Source: a virus (Duplodnaviria; Heunggongvirae; Uroviricota; Caudoviricetes). Taken from it: 54,417 nucleotides of DNA. Of this stretch, positions 48,117-54,417 are shown piece after piece; position 1 is the stretch's first letter; every line of letters starts with the position of its first letter. Below the pieces are notes generated by a model, which was not told where the DNA came from, ran no database searches, and saw only the letters and a list, made by a program, of their open reading frames with translations. The stretch spans positions 1 to 54,417 of IMG/VR virus record IMGVR_UViG_3300009784_000001, one strand, 5' to 3'. Both the position numbers and the translations under genes were made by a program.

Positions 48117-48138
48117 CTTTTATAATATAAATAGATAA

Positions 48139-48561
48139 TTATAACTCATCATTATAATTATCTATTGCAGTTTGAATGCCTCTATAAATTTCCTGTAAAG
48201 TATATTTTAAATTCAAATCTTTTTCTCCCTCCCATTCATACATCCAATAAGATACAGTATCAGTTTCTTCTTTTCCAAAATCATCATTATAATCATTCAA
48301 ATAATCATACAAATCACATAACAAATTATAAATTCTTCTTTTTTCTTTCCAATACTGTCCATCATTTCGCAGAAACATAATTCCATTTTGCGTTTCATTA
48401 TCAAAGATATCATTTATCCATCCATTCAATTCTTTGAATGAAGGATGAGCATCACTAATAGAATGTTTCTCTTCATAATTAATCAAATTGTTTTCTGTAA
48501 TTATGTTTCTAACTATTCCTAAAACACTATTAACTTTTTCTCTTATTTCTTGATAATTCAT
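48139..48561 (-). CDS. hypothetical protein
   Basis: First ORF after promoter. Confidence 0.65.
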   Translation of the reverse strand: MNYQEIREKVNSVLGIVRNIITENNLINYEEKHSISDAHPSFKELNGWINDIFDNETQNGIMFLRNDGQYWKEKRRIYNLLCDLYDYLNDYNDDFGKEETDTVSYWMYEWEGEKDLNLKYTLQEIYRGIQTAIDNYNDEL

Positions 48562-48591
48562 TTCTATAATTTTTTAATTGTTTCTATAATA

Positions 48592-48646
48592 CAAAGGTAT
48601 GAAAAAATATTCATAGCTACAAATTTTCAGGGTTAATTAAAGTTAA
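48592..48646 (-). promoter_or_regulatory. promoter with tandem TTAAC elements
   Basis: caaaggta 48592, caaa 48620, gttaa 48632 and 48642. Confidence 0.85.
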
Positions 48647-48648
48647 AA

Positions 48649-49272
48649 TTATCCAAAAAATTCATTTAATTTCTTATCAGTCATTTCTTGTTTACGAGGT
48701 AAAACATTTTTATAATCAGGTTTGGGTAATTTTCCACCTATATATTTCACTTCAAGCATACATAAATAAGATAAAATATACCAAGCTAATGCTTCATCAG
48801 GGTCGTATTCATTTGTACAATCCTTTGCTCTATTCCACACACTTCCCTTGAAATAGTATCCATATTTATGACAATTATATTTGCTAATTCCTTCTCTAAC
48901 ATTCAATAAACTTAATGGATTATTTCCAGAATAAGCTATATCAAATAAATCATTACATTTCCTAATTAAAAAATTAAGAATGAAATCTACATCAGGAATA
49001 ATAATTTCACTAGGATTATGAGCATAAAAATTAATATAATATTTCTCACTTACATCAACTGTTAAAGTTTTAGCTAAATCCCACCATATCCCTCTAAATT
49101 TGTTGTTATACTCAAATGAGTATTCTTCATTTCCAACAACTTCTTTATCATAGTAAAGAGGCATATACTTATCACTTAAATATCTTCTTTCTTTATACCA
49201 ATGTTTGGCATATAAAAGTGTATGTAATAATTCAAATTTCATATTATTCGTAAACAATTTGATAGTTTTCAA
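48649..49272 (-). CDS. hypothetical protein
   Basis: ORF in operon; start uncertain. Confidence 0.65.
   Translation of the reverse strand: MKTIKLFTNNMKFELLHTLLYAKHWYKERRYLSDKYMPLYYDKEVVGNEEYSFEYNNKFRGIWWDLAKTLTVDVSEKYYINFYAHNPSEIIIPDVDFILNFLIRKCNDLFDIAYSGNNPLSLLNVREGISKYNCHKYGYYFKGSVWNRAKDCTNEYDPDEALAWYILSYLCMLEVKYIGGKLPKPDYKNVLPRKQEMTDKKLNEFFG
49108..49123. repeat. 16-bp near-palindrome, copy 3
   Basis: ATACTCAAATGAGTAT inside ORF 48649..49272. Confidence 0.85.
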
Positions 49273-49495
49273 ATATTATCTTATCAGCATCTTTTCCAAT
49301 AATTACATTGTTTCCATACATTCTATCCAAAAAATCTCTTTCATCTTCAAAAATGCAAAGATTATCTTTATTGGTATTAATTTGTGGACACCAATATCCT
49401 TCAAAACCAATAGCTTTTACTAATAACCAATGAGCATGATTCCAATCCTTTATTGAAATTCCCACAGGTGTTTTTTTTATTTTTATTGTTCTCAT
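49244..49495 (-). CDS. hypothetical protein
   Basis: ORF in operon. Confidence 0.6.
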   Translation of the reverse strand: MRTIKIKKTPVGISIKDWNHAHWLLVKAIGFEGYWCPQINTNKDNLCIFEDERDFLDRMYGNNVIIGKDADKIIFENYQIVYE

Positions 49496-49507
49496 TCTTA
49501 TAAATTT

Positions 49508-49825
49508 TTAATTGATTGAAAAAACCCCATTTTGAACAAAAGTAACTCGGCTATCTTTCATACTTAATGAACTTTGATACAATTGCCACTGAATCATATA
49601 ATGCAATTTTGAAAGAGTCCATTCATTACTCCACTCATCACAAACTTTCCAAGATTTACCTTTTTTATAAACTTTCTTTAATTCATGCACTACTGGTTTA
49701 TTAATTGAATCTTCTTCACATCCTTTTATATTTGGATTAAACATCACTTTCACTGGAATTTGTAATATTATATCCGCATCATAAAAAATATTTTCCAAAA
49801 CATGCTTCAAATCAGATGAAATCAT
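49508..49825 (-). CDS. hypothetical protein
   Basis: First ORF after promoter. Confidence 0.6.
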   Translation of the reverse strand: MISSDLKHVLENIFYDADIILQIPVKVMFNPNIKGCEEDSINKPVVHELKKVYKKGKSWKVCDEWSNEWTLSKLHYMIQWQLYQSSLSMKDSRVTFVQNGVFSIN

Positions 49826-49856
49826 AACTTTTAATTTTACTTGTTATTTAATAATA

Positions 49857-49901
49857 CAAAGATACAAAAAATTATCTAATCTATCAAATTATTTAAGTTA
49901 A
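49857..49901 (-). promoter_or_regulatory. promoter with TTAAC element
   Basis: caaagata 49857, caaa 49885, gttaa 49897. Confidence 0.85.
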
Positions 49902-49915
49902 TAATTATTAAAAAA

Positions 49916-49944
49916 AGAAAGGCAGTCATTATAACTACCTTTCT
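49916..49944 (-). terminator. intrinsic terminator
   Basis: agaaagg(c)agt / act(a)cctttct hairpin with an A-run on its left. Confidence 0.5.
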
Positions 49945-49977
49945 CTCCCCAAACAAAACAATAAAAAGACTACAGAA

Positions 49978-50268
49978 TTATATTTCTTTAACAAACCATT
50001 CACTATATTCATTGAACACTTCTTGTTTTTGCAAATCAGTCATTTTCTTCCAGGAACTTTTAATATATGCTTTCCCAACAGTATTCCAGGTAGAAGGAGT
50101 ATTTAATTTTCTAAAATCACAAGCATATTTTTCTCCTAATCCTCTAGTTTCCCTACAAGAACGAGCTATATCTCTTATTTCATCAGTAGCTTGTCCCCAA
50201 TTTTGTGCATCATTTGGAAACTTATCTAAAAACTTGGATATGTGTCCCCACATTTCTTTATTACTCAT
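49978..50268 (-). CDS. hypothetical protein
   Basis: First ORF after promoter. Confidence 0.65.
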   Translation of the reverse strand: MSNKEMWGHISKFLDKFPNDAQNWGQATDEIRDIARSCRETRGLGEKYACDFRKLNTPSTWNTVGKAYIKSSWKKMTDLQKQEVFNEYSEWFVKEI

Positions 50269-50301
50269 CTTATTTAATTTTTTTAGTTTGTTATTGTATT
50301 A

Positions 50302-50356
50302 CAAAGATAAGAAAAAATTATCTAATATCAAAATATATTGTGTTAATTAATGTTAA
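50302..50356 (-). promoter_or_regulatory. promoter with tandem TTAAC elements
   Basis: caaagata 50302, caaa 50329, gttaa 50342 and 50352. Confidence 0.85.
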
Positions 50357-50568
50357 TAATTTTCTATTTTTTGTTTGGTATTTGTAAAAAAGGTTTTATT
50401 AGTTCCTTTCAATTTTATTTCACCAGCAGGTTCCCAATTACCATTTGCCCATACTTTTGTAATATATCCTCTGGCATTGTTATTTTTCATAGCTTGCTTT
50501 GCAGCAGGAAGATTATAAAATGTTTCCTGGTAGCCTATTTCACTATTTACTACATTGTAATATTTCAT
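50353..50568 (-). CDS. hypothetical protein
   Basis: ORF in operon. Confidence 0.65.
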   Translation of the reverse strand: MKYYNVVNSEIGYQETFYNLPAAKQAMKNNNARGYITKVWANGNWEPAGEIKLKGTNKTFFTNTKQKIENY

Positions 50569-50569
50569 T

Positions 50570-50773
50570 TTATTTAATATTTGAATATTCTTTTAGTATA
50601 TCAATATCAACATCTTTCAAATCGAAAGCCTCTCCCTTTCCATTTTCATATAAGACAAGATTTTCATAATTATAATGCCAAATGCCTTCATCACTGTCAT
50701 CATTTTTAAGTATGCAGCCATCAGCTTTTGCAATTCCTGTTAGTTCCTGTATTAATTCTTCTTTTGTTTTCAT
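50570..50773 (-). CDS. hypothetical protein
   Basis: ORF in operon. Confidence 0.6.
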   Translation of the reverse strand: MKTKEELIQELTGIAKADGCILKNDDSDEGIWHYNYENLVLYENGKGEAFDLKDVDIDILKEYSNIK

Positions 50774-50785
50774 ATTCTTTTTTAC

Positions 50786-51067
50786 TTAAAAAGTAAACCA
50801 TTCTCCATCATCAGAGAAATTAAGTTCTTCGCCATAAAGTAAATCTCCATAATAATTTAAAAATTCTTGTTCTAAATCTTTATGATAAGATACATTGTCT
50901 TCAAACTTCTTTTTTGTAAGGTAGTTTTCAAAACTTTTTATATTATTAAATAAAGTGGAATGCTTTTCAAATATACCACCAACTCCTAAAAAATATTCCC
51001 CTTTTTCATCCTTTTTTGCAGGACGTACACGAATTTCCCAATATCCAACTTCAACTATGACTTTCAT
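50786..51067 (-). CDS. hypothetical protein
   Basis: First ORF after promoter. Confidence 0.6.
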   Translation of the reverse strand: MKVIVEVGYWEIRVRPAKKDEKGEYFLGVGGIFEKHSTLFNNIKSFENYLTKKKFEDNVSYHKDLEQEFLNYYGDLLYGEELNFSDDGEWFTF

Positions 51068-51104
51068 ATTATATAATTTTTTATTTGTTTTTTTAACTTT
51101 AATA

Positions 51105-51149
51105 CAAAGGTAATAATTTTTATCTAATTTACCAAAGAAATTATGTTAA
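51105..51149 (-). promoter_or_regulatory. promoter with TTAAC element
   Basis: caaaggta 51105, caaa 51133, gttaa 51145. Confidence 0.85.
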
Positions 51150-51155
51150 TAAAAA

Positions 51156-51677
51156 TTAATTTTCATGAATTTCCCAATTCCCTGTAAAACGATGTTTGAT
51201 AACAAAATCAATTGTTTCTCTTACTTCTTCCTCTGTTTCAAAGGCAACTACTTTATCGCCTTCTTTATAATATTTCCATCTGTCAGTATCAGCATCAATT
51301 TCACTTTGAGTTAAATCTCTAACAACTTCAATTTCTTTACTTTTACATTCGTCTGGTTTATATTTATCAAATGCCCCACCTATACTTGAAATTCGTCCTG
51401 TGGATTTTTTCATTAAAGGAGGATCACTAAACCAAATCCTTCCATAATAATGAATTGCGCCAAATGATACCCCTCTAAAAGAGGTTATGCTTATATATAA
51501 AGTTCTTTCTTTTTCCCATTGACTTATAACACTTGTATATTCTTCCCTTTTGTCATCAGAAAAAGTAATTCCAATGCCATAATTAGTGTCAATAATTTCA
51601 GGTAAAGTATCTTGATCTCGGCACATATCAAGTGCCTTCTGTAAATCTTCATTCATATTAATATCTTCTTTTTCCAT
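51156..51677 (-). CDS. hypothetical protein
   Basis: ORF in operon. Confidence 0.65.
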   Translation of the reverse strand: MEKEDINMNEDLQKALDMCRDQDTLPEIIDTNYGIGITFSDDKREEYTSVISQWEKERTLYISITSFRGVSFGAIHYYGRIWFSDPPLMKKSTGRISSIGGAFDKYKPDECKSKEIEVVRDLTQSEIDADTDRWKYYKEGDKVVAFETEEEVRETIDFVIKHRFTGNWEIHEN

Positions 51678-51915
51678 TATAAGATTCTCCCATTCTTAAA
51701 GATCTTTGTTTATCTTTTTTTGGTAATTCCCACTCAATCATTTCAATTTTAGGAATTTTTTCTTTCAGATCATCTATGTTAGTAGGTAATTCATTTTTAT
51801 TTACATATACAATTTCAATATCATTTAATTTATTTTCTAATCCTAATCTTATAATTTCAGATTTAAAATATTCCTGGGTTAATGCTCCCATTCCCATTAT
51901 AACTACTCTTTCCAT
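51658..51915 (-). CDS. hypothetical protein
   Basis: First ORF after promoter. Confidence 0.6.
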   Translation of the reverse strand: MERVVIMGMGALTQEYFKSEIIRLGLENKLNDIEIVYVNKNELPTNIDDLKEKIPKIEMIEWELPKKDKQRSLRMGESYNGKRRY

Positions 51916-51941
51916 TGTTTTTACTTGTTATTATTATACAA

Positions 51942-51996
51942 TAAAGGTGCGAAATTTTTTCCATCCCTACAAATTTTTGATGTTAATAAGTGTTAA
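51942..51996 (-). promoter_or_regulatory. promoter with tandem TTAAC elements (variant -7 box)
   Basis: taaaggtg 51942, caaa 51970, gttaa 51982 and 51992. Confidence 0.65.
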
Positions 51997-51997
51997 A

Positions 51998-52252
51998 TTA
52001 TTGCCTATATTTTACATATCCTTTCTCTCTTAATTCAAAAGAAAATTCATGAATAATTTGATAAGCTGCATAATTTTCTTCTGAAGCAAAATAATAAAGA
52101 AATTCACTAATAAACAAATCATAAACTAATATTTGAATAATTCTTTCTAACCCTGCTTCACTATTTAATAATGCTTCATAATTCTTTTCCTTATCTACAA
52201 TTTTAGAAAGAGTTAAAATTGCACATTTTACTGATTCTTTTGAATAATTCAT
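51998..52252 (-). CDS. hypothetical protein
   Basis: ATG 52252 preferred; the track start 52327 lies inside the tRNA-like gene. Confidence 0.6.
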   Translation of the reverse strand: MNYSKESVKCAILTLSKIVDKEKNYEALLNSEAGLERIIQILVYDLFISEFLYYFASEENYAAYQIIHEFSFELREKGYVKYRQ

Positions 52253-52284
52253 ATTATTTAATAAATTATTAATATTTTTTAATT

Positions 52285-52412
52285 TGGTAAGGTAATGGGA
52301 CTCGAACCCACAGAAATACATACCCACAAGTGATCAAATCCTGCCTCTCTGTACCGATTGCATCTGACCCAGATTATTGTCTGGCGCTTTTTCCTGTTTA
52401 GCTATACCTTAC
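52285..52412 (-). tRNA. atypical tRNA-like gene (identity undetermined)
   Basis: 8-bp acceptor GTAAGGTA/TACCTTAC, T8A9, D-arm GCT...GG...AGC, T-arm GTGGG-TTCGAGT-CCCAT; anticodon loop only 6 nt and extra region 57 nt. Confidence 0.7.
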
Positions 52413-52419
52413 AATATTT

Positions 52420-52435
52420 ATACTCAAATGAGTAT
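52420..52435. repeat. 16-bp near-palindrome, copy 4
   Basis: ATACTCAAATGAGTAT, 7 nt from the 5' end of the tRNA-like gene. Confidence 0.85.
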
Positions 52436-53037
52436 TATACTTTCTTTTCAACAGCTTTTTTCACTATTTCATCCAATGCTTTATTTGCTTCTTCTTTGGT
52501 AAGAAAATAGTTTCCTGTTAATTTCTTAAAGTCTAATCCCCTTAATCCTCCAAGTTTAATTCTTTCCTCATAATCACTCTGGACATCTCCACTTGAATTA
52601 ATGAAATAGAATCTTTTTATAATCTTTATTCTTGAATTATCAGCTTTCGTTCTTTCTTTTGCTCCGTCTTTTTGTTCCAACATATAGCTCAATTTTCCAT
52701 TTGGCTCAACTATATGGAAATCTACTGCCCATAATTTATCTCTGTAAATTACTTCTGTTCCTTTTGCAAACAATTCCCCTTGATTTATTTTCAAAAAATA
52801 ATTTTCATCTGAAAAATTAATTGCTTTATAATTTTCATTAAGAGAAAGATTATTATTGATTTCAATAGTATATCTATCAGAATAAACTTTCAAAATATCT
52901 CCCTTTTCAAATCTTATTCCTTTCAAAAATGAAAAGGAAAAATCTTTAATAACTACATAACTTTGTTCCATATCTTTATTGATTTTCTTCGTCATACAAT
53001 TCTTCTCCTGTAAAGGTAACATCCACAATTTTATCAT
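52435..53037 (-). CDS. hypothetical protein
   Basis: True start probably 52971 or 52995. Confidence 0.65.
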   Translation of the reverse strand: MIKLWMLPLQEKNCMTKKINKDMEQSYVVIKDFSFSFLKGIRFEKGDILKVYSDRYTIEINNNLSLNENYKAINFSDENYFLKINQGELFAKGTEVIYRDKLWAVDFHIVEPNGKLSYMLEQKDGAKERTKADNSRIKIIKRFYFINSSGDVQSDYEERIKLGGLRGLDFKKLTGNYFLTKEEANKALDEIVKKAVEKKV

Positions 53038-53398
53038 TTACATAGAAATAAATTGTACCATCTTCACAATATTCAATGCAGGTACTTTTTACTTCATCAA
53101 ATTCTCTTACATTACCCAATCTTTCAGCTTCTTCCCAATTAGATATTAAATAGTCAGGTACAATTCCTAACATCCCACTATCAACCCCATATCCATTTTT
53201 ACAATAAGAAGAAGGAAAAACTCCATCCCCAAATTGTGTAGCATGGGCTACTAATAAGCCATCTTCAAACTCATTCCAATTATTAGCTGCTTTCATTTGA
53301 TCACAAATGAGTTCCCATTTTGATTCACTTACTACATAAGAAGGGTCGCCAATATAGACTTTCTTTACTGTACCCATATAAGAATAACTGTTTGTCAT
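52976..53398 (-). CDS. hypothetical protein (DUF4241-like motifs)
   Basis: VYIGDPSYV, FGDG.F, GVDSG.LG. Confidence 0.6.
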   Translation of the reverse strand: MTNSYSYMGTVKKVYIGDPSYVVSESKWELICDQMKAANNWNEFEDGLLVAHATQFGDGVFPSSYCKNGYGVDSGMLGIVPDYLISNWEEAERLGNVREFDEVKSTCIEYCEDGTIYFYVNDKIVDVTFTGEELYDEENQ

Positions 53399-53444
53399 AA
53401 TTTTTATTGTTTTTAATTGTTTAATTTTGTTTTTAATTTCAATA

Positions 53445-53489
53445 CAAAGATAAAAAATTTTTTTGATACCCGAAAGAAATAAATGTTAA
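53445..53489 (-). promoter_or_regulatory. promoter with TTAAC element
   Basis: caaagata 53445, gttaa 53485. Confidence 0.7.
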
Positions 53490-53499
53490 ATAATCTTAA

Positions 53500-53736
53500 T
53501 TATTTACATTCATCAATAAAATCACTTTGAGGCTTTCTTATAAACTTTCCTTTGCTATTTACAGCAAAACATTGAAAAACAACAGGCTTTCCAAATTGAT
53601 TATAAATAAAACAATATCTTGTCATATGCTCTTGTGCAGCACGCCCTAACTTGTATTGGTCCTCTACAAATTTCAATCCTTCTTTAATTCCATTCACTTC
53701 TTTCAAATCACCATTATAAGATACTATTCTTTTCAT
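53500..53736 (-). CDS. hypothetical protein
   Basis: ORF in operon. Confidence 0.6.
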   Translation of the reverse strand: MKRIVSYNGDLKEVNGIKEGLKFVEDQYKLGRAAQEHMTRYCFIYNQFGKPVVFQCFAVNSKGKFIRKPQSDFIDECK

Positions 53737-53748
53737 ATTATATAAGTT

Positions 53749-53973
53749 TTAACCTTTACTAACTCTAAATCCATTTTCTTTTAACTCATCAATCTTAGCT
53801 TGATATTCATTCTCACTTTCATAAGAGGTTAAAGACATACTACCATATACACAATTTTCTTTAGCTTTGGCATCTTTCTTTGTTAATTGCCCATAAGCTA
53901 CATAATAACTTTTTAATTGAGGATTGGTTCTTAAACCAATGTAATAATTTTTTGTTCTTGTTGCCATATCCAT
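53749..53973 (-). CDS. hypothetical protein
   Basis: First ORF after promoter. Confidence 0.65.
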   Translation of the reverse strand: MDMATRTKNYYIGLRTNPQLKSYYVAYGQLTKKDAKAKENCVYGSMSLTSYESENEYQAKIDELKENGFRVSKG

Positions 53974-53991
53974 AAATTTTATTTGTTATAA

Positions 53992-54046
53992 CAAAAGTAC
54001 AAAAATTATTCCAGATAATCTAATTTATAAAGTTAATAATTGTTAA
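53992..54046 (-). promoter_or_regulatory. promoter with tandem TTAAC elements
   Basis: caaaagta 53992, gttaa 54032 and 54042. Confidence 0.7.
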
Positions 54047-54417
54047 AAATTCTTATCTTATCTAATATTAAATTCTATTCAAAAATTATTAAAGATATTT
54101 TAACATTCTTAATTTCTACAAAAAAATATAGTAATTAATTAACTTTGTATTGTTTTACCAAAAAATCCAAAAACCACAACTATTGACAATTTTTATGTGA
54201 ACTAATCACTTGGAATTTTTCTTAACAAAATTAACTAATTACTATACACAATTTTGAGTTTTACTTCTCACTTATTTTCCCCTTAATCTAAACCCTACTT
54301 TCGTTCACAATATCTATAAAAAATTTCAGGGAAACAGCACAGCTATTATTATTTTTCTCAATCTAATGTAGGCTTCTTTAATACTCAAAACAATAACTGA
54401 CTTCTTATCTATTTTAT

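Noticed and set aside
52321-52332. tRNA-His call using TTGTGGG as the anticodon loop
   Set aside because: The GTG is not enclosed by a paired stem at the correct position, so identity is left undetermined.
1948-52820. Short opposite-strand or nested ORFs in the track (e.g. 1948..2133, 2036..2266, 5987..6190, 14960..15232, 23820..24086, 37766..38059, 43840..44121, 50012..50350)
   Set aside because: They overlap better-supported genes and show no motifs; treated as shadow ORFs.
1180-54396. Partial matches to the 16-bp palindrome (near 1180, 23441, 54381)
   Set aside because: Only the left half matches; expected by chance in AT-rich DNA.
1-54417. CRISPR array or rRNA
   Set aside because: No regularly spaced repeat-spacer series and no rRNA-like sequence seen.
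54047-54417. Replication origin or genome terminus in the ORF-free right end
   Set aside because: AT-rich and non-coding, but no iterons or clear repeats are visible and the context is cut by the window.

Overview
AT-rich, gene-dense segment of what looks like a large (jumbo) phage of a Bacteroidota host. Evidence: Bacteroidota-type TTTG/TAnnTTTG promoters, a GH19 endolysin, SSB, YopX, many short hypothetical ORFs, and standard genetic code. Genes run on + from 1 to ~26.9 kb and mostly on - from ~28.5 kb to the end. Main result: a diversity-generating retroelement (DGR). Its template region (167-256) and reverse transcriptase (375-1661, with an unexplained ~105-aa C-terminal domain and no visible avd) match two variable regions. 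One is in a gene cut by the window start and one is 14 kb away in a small paralogous protein that is not a tail fibre. All TR/VR substitutions fall on TR adenines. Other sequence-level signals: (1) a C10 tract that frameshifts a fibre-like gene (likely phase variation); (2) four exact copies of a 16-bp near-palindrome near a ParB-like gene; (3) at least 13 promoters with a rigidly spaced upstream TTAAN-N5-TTAAC repeat; (4) a 126-nt tRNA-like gene with an abnormal centre; (5) an intein in an RlaP-like nucleotidyltransferase; (6) a large RNA-repair set, NAD-synthesis genes (NadM-like, NadD, NadE) and four DNA methyltransferase-like genes. Protein family calls come from recognising motifs by eye; no database search was run.
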